Assembly (NCBI GenBank): GCA_965263355.1
Contig: CBDHHL010000056.1
Location: 1,120,001-1,184,000 of the forward strand
Length of the DNA: 64,000 bases
Direction of reading: 5' to 3'
Origin: Leptolyngbyaceae cyanobacterium
GTDB taxonomy: Bacteria; Cyanobacteriota; Cyanobacteriia; Phormidesmidales; Phormidesmidaceae
Part shown: one piece after another, positions 1 to 10,861 of the stretch
Layout: every line of letters starts with the position of its first letter
Position numbering within the stretch: position 1 is the first letter of the stretch
Notes under the pieces: model-generated
Seen by the model: only the letters and a program-made list of their open reading frames with translations
Databases searched by the model: none
Told to the model about the DNA's origin: nothing
Position numbers and translations under genes: made by a program

Positions 1-404
1 TGGATGACCCGGTGCTGGTGCAGCTCATCGAGAATGTCGGCCAGCTGAGTTGCGATGCTAAGGATCTCCACAAGCTCTAAGGAGTATTGCTGCGCATATT
101 GCCCCAGGTCAATTCCGGCAATGTCTTCCATCACTAGGGCATAGCCGTTACCGCAGGGCTCTAGGCGGTGAGGACGGATGATACCTGCTATCGGTAAGTT
201 TTTTGCCACCGTGTACTGATTGCGAAACTGCACCAGTTCTGCAAAGCTCGGATACTCCTGAGACAGCACCTTAATCACCACCGACTGCTGGGTTGCTGTT
301 TCTATGGCTCGGTATACCGTCGTTCGAGTCCCCTGATAAATTGTTTCTGTAAACGAATAACCAGCCAGTTGATGGGAAGAGAGCGGCGCTGCAGTAATGT
401 TCAT
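1..404 (-). CDS. N-terminal part of a Ser/Thr protein kinase, likely the cyanobacterial kinase-AAA-GAF-His kinase type; runs off the window edge
   Basis: Not in the ORF track. Manual translation from ATG 404 gives MNITAAPLSSHQLAGYSFTETIYQGTRTTVYRA...VVIKVL...ELVQFRNQY...YALVMED...LHQHRVIH, which covers kinase subdomains I-VIb. Downstream domains are inferred only. Confidence 0.85.
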   Translation of the reverse strand, partial: MNITAAPLSSHQLAGYSFTETIYQGTRTTVYRAIETATQQSVVIKVLSQEYPSFAELVQFRNQYTVAKNLPIAGIIRPHRLEPCGNGYALVMEDIAGIDLGQYAQQYSLELVEILSIATQLADILDELHQHRVI

Positions 405-546
405 GAGTTGGACTATTCAGGCAATTCAGACTGCTCTTAAATTTCCCAAAATCCGACCTGACCGTATTGGCTATCGAAGCTGAGTAACCTTTCCGCCAAC
501 TAACGTCGTCCAACTTTTATAATGGACAGACTTAATCACATTTTCA

Positions 547-1947
547 ATGACAGTCTCTTCATGCAATCCCATCCATGTTATCGGTGGCGGTCTTGCCGGT
601 ACGGAAGCCACCTGGCAAATTGCCCAGGCAGGGGTTCCCGTAATGCTGCACGAAATGCGCCCGATCAAGCAGAGCCCTGCTCACCATTCGGAACATGTGG
701 CTGAGTTGGTGTGTAGCAATTCCTTTGGGGCCAAGGCGACAGATCGCGCGTCGGGACTACTCCATGAAGAACTGCGGCAGCTAGGGTCTGTGGTGATTGG
801 TAAAGCGGATGAACATGCAGTACCGGCAGGCGGTGCCCTGGCAGTGGATCGAGCTGTCTTTAGCCGTGACCTGACAGAAACACTGGAACAGCATCCGTTG
901 ATTGAGCTACGTCGCGATGAGGTAACTGAGATTCCAACGGATAGCACGGTGGTATTAACCACTGGGCCGTTAACCAGCGATGCCCTGGCAGCAGATCTAC
1001 GTCGGTTTACGGGCCAGGACTATATGAGCTTTTTTGATGCGGCCAGCCCCATTATTGTGGGTGAGTCCATCAATCATGAGATTGCCTTTATGGCCTCTCG
1101 CTATGACCGGGGGGAGGCAGCCTATCTTAACTGCCCCATGGACAAGGAACAGTATCTGGCCTTTTGGCAGGCGCTGTGTGCAGCGGAACAGGCTGAATTA
1201 AAAGACTTTGAGCAGGAAACAGCGAAGTTTTTTGAAGGCTGTTTACCCATTGAGCAAATGGCTCGCCGGGGGGAAGACACCATGCGCTATGGTCCCCTAA
1301 AGCCCGTTGGCCTGTTTGATACAAACCGATATGGGGCCTTTGATGCGCCAGAAAATAAAGGTAAAAAGCCCTACGCGGTGGTACAGCTTCGTCAAGAAGA
1401 TAAGGGCGGTCAGCTATGGAATATGGTAGGGTTTCAGACCAACTTGCGTTGGGGTGAACAAAAGCGAGTTTTTCGCATGATTCCGGGGCTAGAGCATGCA
1501 GAGTTTGTACGGATGGGCGTGATGCACCGCAATACCTTTATTAATTCGCCAGAGCTGTTGAGCAATGCTCTACAGTTTCACCAGCGGGCAACCCTGTTTG
1601 CGGCGGGTCAACTGGTGGGGACTGAAGGATACACGGCTGCCTGTGCCGGTGGCTGGCTAGCTGGGACAAATGCGGCTCGGTCAGTTTTGGGACTACCGCT
1701 GGTATCATTGCCAGTGACCACCATGATCGGAGCGTTGTTTGGCTTTATTAGCTCAGCAGAACCGAAGCATTTTCAGCCGATGCCGCCTAATTTTGGCATT
1801 TTTCCAGCATTGCCCCAGCGGATTCGCAATAAGCGGGAACGCTATGGGCAATATCGAGATCGCAGCTTTGCCGATCTCCACACCTGGGCCGCCGCCAACC
1901 AAATCAATTTAAAACAACCGAAACAACCGGTTTTAGCCACCGCGTAG
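547..1947 (+). CDS. trmFO: FADH2-oxidizing methylenetetrahydrofolate-tRNA (uracil-54) methyltransferase
   Basis: [11 protein letters not shown] motif, [38 protein letters not shown] motifs. Confidence 0.96.
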   Translation: MTVSSCNPIHVIGGGLAGTEATWQIAQAGVPVMLHEMRPIKQSPAHHSEHVAELVCSNSFGAKATDRASGLLHEELRQLGSVVIGKADEHAVPAGGALAVDRAVFSRDLTETLEQHPLIELRRDEVTEIPTDSTVVLTTGPLTSDALAADLRRFTGQDYMSFFDAASPIIVGESINHEIAFMASRYDRGEAAYLNCPMDKEQYLAFWQALCAAEQAELKDFEQETAKFFEGCLPIEQMARRGEDTMRYGPLKPVGLFDTNRYGAFDAPENKGKKPYAVVQLRQEDKGGQLWNMVGFQTNLRWGEQKRVFRMIPGLEHAEFVRMGVMHRNTFINSPELLSNALQFHQRATLFAAGQLVGTEGYTAACAGGWLAGTNAARSVLGLPLVSLPVTTMIGALFGFISSAEPKHFQPMPPNFGIFPALPQRIRNKRERYGQYRDRSFADLHTWAAANQINLKQPKQPVLATA

Positions 1948-1976
1948 AATAGATATGGCCCATCGCCCCAAAGGCA

Positions 1977-2885
1977 ATGAACAAAAGCCATTTTATTCTG
2001 TTGTTTTTAGATGGATTGGGGTTAGGTACAGCGGGTCCCCACAATCCCTTGAGCGATGCTGCAACCATGCCGAATGTGCGATCGCTATGTGGTCTCCCTT
2101 GGCTAGCAGAAGTCCATATTCAACGGCCAAGTTTTCTCCTCAAACCCATTGACGCCACCCTGGGCGTTCCCGGTTTGCCCCAAAGTGCCACAGGACAAAC
2201 CACCCTCTACACGGGGCATAATGCTGCCAAGTTTCGAGGGAAACACCAAACTGGGTTTGCCAACGGCTCCCTGCGGCAGCTAATCGAACCCTATGGTCTC
2301 TTTAAACAAGTACTGAACCAAGGCGGGACTGCCACCCTGGCCAACTTGTATTCCCCCGCCTATTTTGAAGCCATTGCCCAGCGACGATGGCGATATTCCG
2401 TCTGTACGCTGCTGAACATGACCGCCGGTCTTCCTTTTCGTATGCAATATGAATATGAACAAGGAGAAGCCATTTTTTGGGACATTACCGGGGAAATTGC
2501 CAGCTCTCGCGGTATTATCAAATCGCCTATTAGTCCCGAATTTGCCGGTAAAATTCTAGCAGCCTTAGGCAGTTGTCATAACGTTACTCTCTTTGAGTGC
2601 TATCTGAGTGACTATGCAGGACATGCCCAGGTCCAAGATCAGGCCGTAGCGGTGTTGCAGCGGATTGACCGTTTCTTAGCTGCAGTGATCGACTGCCTAG
2701 GGACAGATACCACACTGATCGTAGTCAGTGACCATGGCAATGTAGAGAATTTGGGCACCAAACGTCATACATTTAACGCAGTCCCCCTGTGGGTAGTGGG
2801 ACCAGCTGCCCACAAATTTATCAATATCCAGGATTTGACTGGCATTACCCCCACTATTTTGACCCATTTATTGCGTCAGGCGTAA
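1977..2885 (+). CDS. Alkaline-phosphatase-superfamily metalloenzyme (phosphoglycerate mutase/phosphopentomutase-like)
   Basis: LFLDGLGLG, PQSATGQT, DYAGH, SDHGN and H metal-binding motifs. Confidence 0.8.
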   Translation: MNKSHFILLFLDGLGLGTAGPHNPLSDAATMPNVRSLCGLPWLAEVHIQRPSFLLKPIDATLGVPGLPQSATGQTTLYTGHNAAKFRGKHQTGFANGSLRQLIEPYGLFKQVLNQGGTATLANLYSPAYFEAIAQRRWRYSVCTLLNMTAGLPFRMQYEYEQGEAIFWDITGEIASSRGIIKSPISPEFAGKILAALGSCHNVTLFECYLSDYAGHAQVQDQAVAVLQRIDRFLAAVIDCLGTDTTLIVVSDHGNVENLGTKRHTFNAVPLWVVGPAAHKFINIQDLTGITPTILTHLLRQA

Positions 2886-2917
2886 AGCCTTCCCAATCAG
2901 AAAAATTGAGGCTTTCC

Positions 2918-5467
2918 CTACACCGATGCCTTAATAGTGTTACTTGCTGTTTTATGATTATTAAATTTGTTATTTATACCCTCAGAAAGAGAGTCTTCCC
3001 TCTGTCCCTGATGACAGGTATTAAGGACCGTTAATAGCTTTTTAAGATTTTTACTTCTAGGCAGATTATCAACTTTCCCTAGAGAGTAACTAAATTGTTT
3101 ATCAGGTAACTTGGTTTGCACAATGACCGGGATTTCAGCATGGGTAGGATTATCGTCAAGGGCTTCGAATATATCACAGTCATCTTCCCTGAGCATAATT
3201 GAATCTAAGAGAATGATATCGGGCAAAAGTTGATCGACCATTTTTAACCCCTTACGTTTACTGTGGGTCAAAACCACAAAATACCCCTGACTGACCAAGG
3301 TTTTCCAAATTAATTTGCAGTTCTCATCATCCTCATCAACTACCAATATGCATTCCGAATTGGGAACTTTTATGAGCGACGAAATAGGCTCTTCTAGAGC
3401 AGACATAATCTGCTTTTCATCATTCTCATCAGTACTGGGTGCCAATTTTTCTATTGTAGTTAGTTCAGAGGTTTCAGACGACAATACAGTCTCTGTGATG
3501 GTTTGTGGAATTCTGATAGTAAACGTCGTACCTTGACCAACTTCGCTCTCAACATTGACTGTGCCACCCATCATCTGCACAAATCTCTTAGTAATGGTTA
3601 ATCCGAGACCGGTTCCACCATATTTTCGTGTAGTTGAAGAGTCAGCCTGGGCAAAGGCATTAAAAATCTTTTGCAATTGTTCAGGTAACATGCCGATACC
3701 TGTATCTTGAATTTGAAAATTTATCCACTGCCCATTGCTGGTATTTTCAGCCGTGGCACTCAAAGTAATCGTTCCACCTTGAGTGAACTTGCTAGCATTG
3801 CTCAATAGATTGAAAAGGCTTTGACGTACTTTAACCTCATCTGCATACATGTTACCAATGTGATTGTCACACTGGATTTTTAGAATGTTGTTATTCTTTT
3901 CAATAACAGGCTGCATTGTTGCTGCAACATCCTGCACCAAGGAGGTAATTGAAAATGTCTCTAAATACATTTCCATACGTCCAGCCTCTACCTTAGAGAG
4001 ATCTAGGACATCGTTAATTAGGCCCAAGAGGTGTTTTCCTGCACCTTGAATCTTTTGGAGTTCCGGAATAAAGTCTTCCTGCTTAAAATCCTCTGCATCT
4101 TCCTCAAGCATTTCACTATAGCCAATAATGGCATTGAGTGGAGTACGTAGCTCATGGCTCATATTGGCAAGAAACTCACTTTTTGCCTGGTTAGCCTTTT
4201 CTGCTTTAAGGCGCTCAGCTTCAGCCTTTTCTTGGGCTTCATAGGCTTTTCTCAAAGCCTCATCATTGGCCTCAAGGCTCAAGGCCAGTTGAAATTCAGC
4301 TTTTTTGCGAGAGCTGATATCTTGCCAAAAGATTGAAAGACCTTCTGCACTAGGGTTAAGACGAACCTCAAACCAACGCGCTTTGACAGCAAACCGAGTT
4401 TCAAACGTTATTAAGGTTTGTTGGTTACGTGCTGCTTGATAATTATTTTCTTGATCCTTGCCGAGTTCTGCAGGAAATACATGCCAAATCAGTTGTCCGA
4501 TCAGTTTATCTGGTGACTGATCTAAATCTCTTGCAGCATGGGCGTTGGCATAGATGATTTTCCAATGACTATCGACATCGATAAAGGCATCATCAATACT
4601 CTCAGATAAAAAGTTAGTGATTTTTTCAACTTTTCGAGATTGAATCCTTTGTAGAACCACATAAAAGGTGACGCCTACAATGCCAATTCCCCATAGGAGC
4701 GCTGCTAGCTGGAATAACTTAACTCTTTTATTTACTGTCAGATAGGCATCATCATAGGTGTCCGACAGAGTTTTTAACTGCTGCACTGTGGGTAATGCCG
4801 ATAAAGCTTGGGTACTTTGAATAGTCCGAGGCTTGTTATCTAGGATAACTCTAATGTTCTCCAGAATAGTCTCAACATCACTGCTGTAGCTAACATCACC
4901 ACTATCTAGCGCCTGAACTTCAGGAATTCGCCGTTGGATATCAGGGACTAATGCCTCATCTGAGGAAACGGTGTAAAGTACAACCAGATTAAGGAGTTCA
5001 ATCAGAGGTTCATAAATCTGACTCACATTGGATGACCTGCTTTTGACCTTGATATCATTGGTCAACGTCATCAAGGTTGATAGTGAATCCTTAATGAGCA
5101 AATTTTGCGCTTGAAATTGTTCTGAAAGATCAGCTTTCTGAGCTAGTAGCTGGTTATATTTGTCAAGTTTTTTTTGTAGTTTCTGAACTTGCTGATTGGT
5201 TAGAAAGTCAGGAAATTCTTCAAGCTTATTTTGAACTTCAGTGAGCTGATATAGGTTTTGAATTAATTGTTCGTGGGAGGGCTGCAGTGCCTGTTGGTTG
5301 TCTATAACAGTCTGATTAACCGCTAAATCGTTTTGAAGTTGCTCTGATAGGTAATCTTGATAGCGCAAATGCTCATCAACGTTAACTGAATATCCTTTTA
5401 TTAAAAGCCCAAACCAAATTAGCAGTGAACTCACTGTGACCGAAAGTATGACTGGTTTATATTTCAT
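2918..5467 (-). CDS. Membrane hybrid sensor histidine kinase: 2 TM, helical extracytoplasmic (DAHL-like) sensor, PAS, HisKA, HATPase, receiver
   Basis: [15 protein letters not shown]-box, [23 protein letters not shown]-terminal PDIILLD receiver; the sensor family is inferred. Confidence 0.9.
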   Translation of the reverse strand: MKYKPVILSVTVSSLLIWFGLLIKGYSVNVDEHLRYQDYLSEQLQNDLAVNQTVIDNQQALQPSHEQLIQNLYQLTEVQNKLEEFPDFLTNQQVQKLQKKLDKYNQLLAQKADLSEQFQAQNLLIKDSLSTLMTLTNDIKVKSRSSNVSQIYEPLIELLNLVVLYTVSSDEALVPDIQRRIPEVQALDSGDVSYSSDVETILENIRVILDNKPRTIQSTQALSALPTVQQLKTLSDTYDDAYLTVNKRVKLFQLAALLWGIGIVGVTFYVVLQRIQSRKVEKITNFLSESIDDAFIDVDSHWKIIYANAHAARDLDQSPDKLIGQLIWHVFPAELGKDQENNYQAARNQQTLITFETRFAVKARWFEVRLNPSAEGLSIFWQDISSRKKAEFQLALSLEANDEALRKAYEAQEKAEAERLKAEKANQAKSEFLANMSHELRTPLNAIIGYSEMLEEDAEDFKQEDFIPELQKIQGAGKHLLGLINDVLDLSKVEAGRMEMYLETFSITSLVQDVAATMQPVIEKNNNILKIQCDNHIGNMYADEVKVRQSLFNLLSNASKFTQGGTITLSATAENTSNGQWINFQIQDTGIGMLPEQLQKIFNAFAQADSSTTRKYGGTGLGLTITKRFVQMMGGTVNVESEVGQGTTFTIRIPQTITETVLSSETSELTTIEKLAPSTDENDEKQIMSALEEPISSLIKVPNSECILVVDEDDENCKLIWKTLVSQGYFVVLTHSKRKGLKMVDQLLPDIILLDSIMLREDDCDIFEALDDNPTHAEIPVIVQTKLPDKQFSYSLGKVDNLPRSKNLKKLLTVLNTCHQGQREDSLSEGINNKFNNHKTASNTIKASV

Positions 5468-5972
5468 ACTTCATTCCATCGGAAAATTAACGCTCAGCAC
5501 ATTGAATAAAAGGGTCCCATCGATATCTGCTTATTTAAGAGACCCTGCTCACAGGGAAATTGCCCATATTTCTTGCCATTTGAACATAGGTTGCAGGTTA
5601 TTGCTGTGTAGATTTTTCGATAGGCACTAGGTAATCTAGTGATGGCAACAGTAAACACAAATACCAATACAAGCAGACAAGATATTTATCTGGAAAGAAT
5701 GGCACAATCTATCACTAGAAAACTGATTATTATGCAATTTAGGTGATTATCAAAATACGCCGATTAAAAAGATAAAAACTTAAAAATTTATCTGAAATCT
5801 GGGGAACTTTCTAAAAGTTGAGTCATTAACGATAAATCTCTTTATTAGGGAAAATCTTAACTCACTGAGCTGGCTGTTTATTCAGAATTTATTTAGCAAA
5901 GAGATTATGCATTAAGGGGACTGAATAAAAATAGGGTTACCTCTAGTGATATAGATTTGCTTAAGTATAAGT

Positions 5973-6836
5973 CTATTGGTGGTAGAGTTTCTCATAAAAC
6001 TGAATGAGAGTTTGGCTAAAAATCTCTGGCTCTACTAAAAATGCCCAATGGTTTCCGGGAATTGTCTGGATCTCTAAATTCTTTAAAAATTTCTGATAAG
6101 GCTTAAGTTGCCAGTTAAACCGATTTACACCAGTCTCTGGTTGCATAAACAAACTGGGAACATTTATCTCTTTGATCAACCCTGGAATGCGCAGTACTGC
6201 ATCAAAGATGCCATCCCGTGCTTCAACCGTAAACTTGCTGCCCACTGTACCATCGGATTTCTCTTCCAAACTCTGTCGGAAAACAGATTCTTGTAATGCG
6301 TTCCAGTCTCCATACTGTTTCATTTGCTTCCCCTGCAGAATGGCTGCATTCCAATCGGCAAATGGTCCCATCCCCTTTAGAAAAGGTAGAGTTCCATAAA
6401 ATAGAGGAAACGTCAATCGAAAGACACCTGGCATCCCATACACAAAAATTGGGTCCACTAGCACCATGCTTAAAAACCGTTCTGGCTGCCTGGTTGCCCA
6501 GTAGGTCGCCACCTTACCCGACCATGAGTGCCCAATGACATGGGCCGCAGACCAACCCAGATAATCCATCAGCTGCGTCAGGTCATTCATTACCGTATCA
6601 AAGTCATAGCCGCTGTTTGGTTTGTTGCTTTCACCATGGCCCCTCATATCCACAGCAATTGGACGATAACAATGGGCTAATTGGTCACCTACAGCAGTCC
6701 AAACCAGCGCATGATCTGCCAAACCATGAAGTAGCAAAACTGGTTCACCATCAGTTTGCCAATCTAGATAGGACAGTTCAATCTGGTTTAGGGAAACCGT
6801 ATTTCTGATTGCCATCGGGGCAGACATACACAGCAC
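5973..6836 (-). CDS. Alpha/beta fold hydrolase
   Basis: LLLHGL, DMRGHGES, GHSWSG nucleophile elbow, C-terminal GNH; true start may be an internal ATG. Confidence 0.9.
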   Translation of the reverse strand: MLCMSAPMAIRNTVSLNQIELSYLDWQTDGEPVLLLHGLADHALVWTAVGDQLAHCYRPIAVDMRGHGESNKPNSGYDFDTVMNDLTQLMDYLGWSAAHVIGHSWSGKVATYWATRQPERFLSMVLVDPIFVYGMPGVFRLTFPLFYGTLPFLKGMGPFADWNAAILQGKQMKQYGDWNALQESVFRQSLEEKSDGTVGSKFTVEARDGIFDAVLRIPGLIKEINVPSLFMQPETGVNRFNWQLKPYQKFLKNLEIQTIPGNHWAFLVEPEIFSQTLIQFYEKLYHQ

Positions 6837-6997
6837 TTTCTATAATCGCACCCTTAAGTCCATACAGTCTTGACGTTTCCTAAACAGACGCTGCCCCTGA
6901 GAACATAGGAACCATGGCATCTTTATTCAAGTCCAATAGAGAAATAGCATTATTGATTTTTAGGACAGACTGGCAAAATCAATGTAATTCGTCAAAA

Positions 6998-7039
6998 CTT
7001 TATAAACTTCATCCTTGCTTTATAAATTTCATCCTTGCC
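6998..7039. repeat. Two-copy ~21-bp tandem repeat CTTTATAAA(C/T)TTCATCCTTG in a divergent promoter region
   Basis: Seen directly between the hydrolase and the multi-GAF kinase. Confidence 0.7.
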
Positions 7040-7294
7040 AACCTTGGTAACATTGAAGAAGAAATCATTGATGGGCTGCATTTATCATCGACATTAGGTC
7101 AAAGGATCACTTACTAACCTATCCAGAGCAGTATACTGACTGTGCAAATATGGAGCGTAGAACTTATTTTAAGTTCTAGACTCTATGGATTTCATTCTTC
7201 TCAGCTTACTAAGCATTTTGAAATTACAGGATGAATTTAGCCACTGTTCTAGTATGTAAGTTTTGACCTGTGGATCTTTCTGTAAATTGATGAA

Positions 7295-10200
7295 ATGCAA
7301 TTCATCCCCAGATTCAGCAATGCCAAGCAACCTACACGCTACCAACCCATCGCCACTGTGTCTTCCGAAGATAGACATTCTGTAGAAGAATTCAAAGCTA
7401 TCTGTCGTCCATTAGGGCTTGATCCTGTCTTGAACGATACCATAGCAGAAATCAGACAGCTGCTTAATGTAGACCGAGTTGCTGTTTTTCAATTCGTTTC
7501 AGATACCCATGGAGATGGTTCATTTATTGCTGAAGATGTGGCTTCAGGTTACCCATCTGTGCTAGCTGGAAAGCTTTATGAACATTTTGGGGATGAGCAA
7601 TCTATTGTTCAATATCAAGTAGGGCAACCAGAGGTTGTAGCGGATATTCATACAGCTGACTTGAGTGCTCAGTATGTGGAGGTTCTAGATCAGTTACATG
7701 TGCGTTCTAGTTTGGTTGTCCCCATCCTTAAAGAAAAATGTTTATGGGGATTATTGTGTGTGCATGCCTGCCAAGTTTCTCGTCTATGGCGTACAGAAGA
7801 AATTAATTTGGTACAACAAATTGTAGATCAGCTTAGAGTAAGCCTACAGCCAAAAGAAGAGCCTGCCAAGTTATATCTCCCAGTTAAAGAAATTGCCTAT
7901 ATTGATCGAGACAAGGCCCTTGCTAAAACCATTAATAAGATTCGTCAGTCCTTTGATATAGATATCCTATTTCAATCTGTCACAACGGAAATCCGTCATC
8001 TTTTGGCAGCAGATCGGGTGGCGGTATTTCAGTTTACACGTGATCAAAGTTGGGAAGGGGAATTTGTGTCTGAGGATGTTTCAGACAATTGGCGTTCTAT
8101 TTTAACTCAGAGGGTATACGAACATGACTTTGAGGAGCAATTTGTTAATCAACATGATGAGAGACGAGTGCATACGATTAGTGATATTTACACCGCTGAT
8201 CTAAATAGCAGTCATATCAATGTTTTAGAGCGGTTTGAGGTGAGGGCAAGCTTGGTCGTGCCTATCCTTCAGGGCAAACAACTGTGGGGATTACTCTGCG
8301 TCCATCAATGTGAACGTGTCCGTCACTGGAGTGCGGACGATATTAAATTTGTACAGCAAATTGTTGAGTATTTAAGCTTTGCTTTGCAACAACTTAGTCT
8401 GCTGGAACGGTTGCGTTATCAGACTGAACAGCAAAAATCTCTGACTGGTGTGATTACTCGTATCCGCGAATCACTAAACTTAGAAACTATTTTCCAAACA
8501 ACTGCCCAGGAAGTTCGACAGCTTTTGAAGACCGATCAAGTCAGTATTTTCTTTTTTCAAAATGAAGAACTTTGGGAAGGTCAGTTTGTGGCTGAAGATT
8601 GTGGTGAGGGGATTACTTCAATCTTGGAGGAGCAAATCTACGACCAACATTTTGGTAAAAACTATGCGCTTCTCTATGAGGAAGGACGCATGTATATCTC
8701 AAACAATATTTATGAAAGTAACCTCAAGGAGAACTATATTCAAACACTAGAGCGGTTTGGCATTAAGGCGAATGTAGTGTCGCCTATTATGAATGGTGCA
8801 GAGTTATGGGGATTACTTTGCATTCACCAGTGTCAGGGACCTCGACAGTGGCAGATTTCTGAGATTGAGTTTATTGATCAAATCGCTAAACATTTGGGGG
8901 TAGCCCTTGAGCAGTGGAGCCAGGTTGAGCAATTAAAGCTGCAAGCAGCTCAATTGGCTTATATTTCGTCTCGTGAACAGGCTCTAGAACAACAGCAATT
9001 ATTATCTCAGACCATTAATGCTATTCGTGATTCTCTACAAATCGAAGAGATTTTTGATACGACAACAAAAAGCATTCAATCGTTATTTAAAACTGATCGA
9101 GTTGTCATTTATCAATTTAATTCTGACTGGAGTGGTCAGTTTGTGGCCGAATCCGTAGCCGATGGCTGGCCTAAACTGGTGCGTTCCCAGGGGGTTATTC
9201 AAGACGCCTATTTGATGAAAACCTATGGCGGACGCTATGCACAGCAGGAAACGTTAGCTGTTAATGATATCTTCCAGACTGACTGTGAAGCTGATCATAT
9301 GACGCTATTGCAAGGCTCATCTGCTCGTGCCTATATAATTGTGCCGATTATGGAAGGCAGTCGCCTCTGGGGGCTATTAGCAGCTTGCCAAAACTCTTGC
9401 CCTCGTCATTGGGAAACGGATGAAATTGATTTCTTATCTCAGATAAGTACGCAATTGGGGGTGGCGCTTAATCAAGCAGAAACCGTTGCCCAAGTACGTG
9501 AACAAGCTGCAGCTTTACAAAAAGCAACGGATCGCCAAAGGGCACTCACACTAACCATTGATAAAATTCGTCAATCGTTAGATATTGACGTAATTTTTAC
9601 GACGACAACCCAAGAGGTACGACAACTGCTTGAGGTAGATCGGGTAGCTATTTATCGCTTTAATTCTGATTGGAGTGGGGCTTTTGTCGCTGATTCGATT
9701 GTAGATGGTTGGCAGCCCGCTGTACCGACTCAAGCCATTATTCAAGATGTGTTTTCTAGGCCTGATCAAGTGGGTCAGTTGCCGCGCAATGAATTTTTTG
9801 TTCCTATCTCTCAAGGGGAAAAGCTTTGGGGCTTATTGATGGCCTATCAAACGTCAAAGCCTCGATACTGGGATGATGACGAAGTGGGGCTATTGGCCCA
9901 GGTAGGAACACAACTGGGTATAGCGTTACAGCAGGCAGAACTGTTAAATAAAACTCAACAACAAACTGCAACGTTAAACCAGACATTACAAACGTTAAAA
10001 AATACCCAAGCTCGATTAGTACAAGGTGAGAAGATGGCGGGCTTGGGGCAATTATCGGCGGGTATCGCCCACGAAATCAATAATCCAGTTGGGTTTATTT
10101 CTAGTAATCTGGAACCAATGCAAGAATATGTTGCGGGTCTCCTGGAGTTACTGCAGCTTTACCAGCAGCATTACTCCGAACCAGCACAATTGATTCAGGA

Positions 10201-10861
10201 AAAAATAGATGATATTGAGCTGGAGTTTATATTAGAAGACTTACCCAAGATCATGGCATCTATGAGAATGGGGACTGATCGCATTGTCGATATTGTTAAG
10301 AGCATGCAGAACTTTTCTCGCGTGGATGAGTCAGCGATTAAAAATGTAGATATTCACCAGGGAATTGACAGCGCGCTATTAATTTTGAGGCATCGTTTGA
10401 AGGCCTATAAACAACGACCCACGATCAAGGTTGTGAAATCCTATGGGAATTTACCTTTGATTCAATGCTATGCGAGCCATCTCAATCAGGTGTTTATGAA
10501 TATTCTAGTCAATGCTGTAGACGCATTTGATGACTATCAGTTTTCGGATAGTCACAGCCCAGAAATTCGGATATCTACCCATTGGCAAGAAAATCAGAAC
10601 TCTCTGTCGATAGAATTTTCAGACAATGGTCCTGGCATTCCCGAGGATATTTTGGCTAATATTTTTAATCCGTTTTTTACCACCAAACCTGTGGGTAAGG
10701 GGACTGGGTTAGGGCTATCCATTAGCTATCAAATTGTAACGGAAATGCACGGAGGTAAGCTGTCTTGCCAATCTAAGATAGGCTTAGGAACGACGTTTTG
10801 CATTGAGATGCCGTTGACTATTTCAGGGTTGAACGCGGGTGAGGTTAAGCAGATTATTTGA
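7295..10861 (+). CDS. Multi-GAF (5x, cyanobacteriochrome-like) sensor histidine kinase
   Basis: Five DRV..(F/Y).F...LWGLL...R.W GAF repeats, then [11 protein letters not shown]-box, [23 protein letters not shown]. Confidence 0.92.
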   Translation: MQFIPRFSNAKQPTRYQPIATVSSEDRHSVEEFKAICRPLGLDPVLNDTIAEIRQLLNVDRVAVFQFVSDTHGDGSFIAEDVASGYPSVLAGKLYEHFGDEQSIVQYQVGQPEVVADIHTADLSAQYVEVLDQLHVRSSLVVPILKEKCLWGLLCVHACQVSRLWRTEEINLVQQIVDQLRVSLQPKEEPAKLYLPVKEIAYIDRDKALAKTINKIRQSFDIDILFQSVTTEIRHLLAADRVAVFQFTRDQSWEGEFVSEDVSDNWRSILTQRVYEHDFEEQFVNQHDERRVHTISDIYTADLNSSHINVLERFEVRASLVVPILQGKQLWGLLCVHQCERVRHWSADDIKFVQQIVEYLSFALQQLSLLERLRYQTEQQKSLTGVITRIRESLNLETIFQTTAQEVRQLLKTDQVSIFFFQNEELWEGQFVAEDCGEGITSILEEQIYDQHFGKNYALLYEEGRMYISNNIYESNLKENYIQTLERFGIKANVVSPIMNGAELWGLLCIHQCQGPRQWQISEIEFIDQIAKHLGVALEQWSQVEQLKLQAAQLAYISSREQALEQQQLLSQTINAIRDSLQIEEIFDTTTKSIQSLFKTDRVVIYQFNSDWSGQFVAESVADGWPKLVRSQGVIQDAYLMKTYGGRYAQQETLAVNDIFQTDCEADHMTLLQGSSARAYIIVPIMEGSRLWGLLAACQNSCPRHWETDEIDFLSQISTQLGVALNQAETVAQVREQAAALQKATDRQRALTLTIDKIRQSLDIDVIFTTTTQEVRQLLEVDRVAIYRFNSDWSGAFVADSIVDGWQPAVPTQAIIQDVFSRPDQVGQLPRNEFFVPISQGEKLWGLLMAYQTSKPRYWDDDEVGLLAQVGTQLGIALQQAELLNKTQQQTATLNQTLQTLKNTQARLVQGEKMAGLGQLSAGIAHEINNPVGFISSNLEPMQEYVAGLLELLQLYQQHYSEPAQLIQEKIDDIELEFILEDLPKIMASMRMGTDRIVDIVKSMQNFSRVDESAIKNVDIHQGIDSALLILRHRLKAYKQRPTIKVVKSYGNLPLIQCYASHLNQVFMNILVNAVDAFDDYQFSDSHSPEIRISTHWQENQNSLSIEFSDNGPGIPEDILANIFNPFFTTKPVGKGTGLGLSISYQIVTEMHGGKLSCQSKIGLGTTFCIEMPLTISGLNAGEVKQII

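Noticed and set aside
271..704. Short ORFs 271-513, 471-668, 522-704 and similar antisense or overlapping ORFs throughout (e.g. 12361-12840, 18666-19217)
   Set aside because: They are shadow frames of well-supported genes and have no motifs; the real gene at the window start is the kinase frame 404-1
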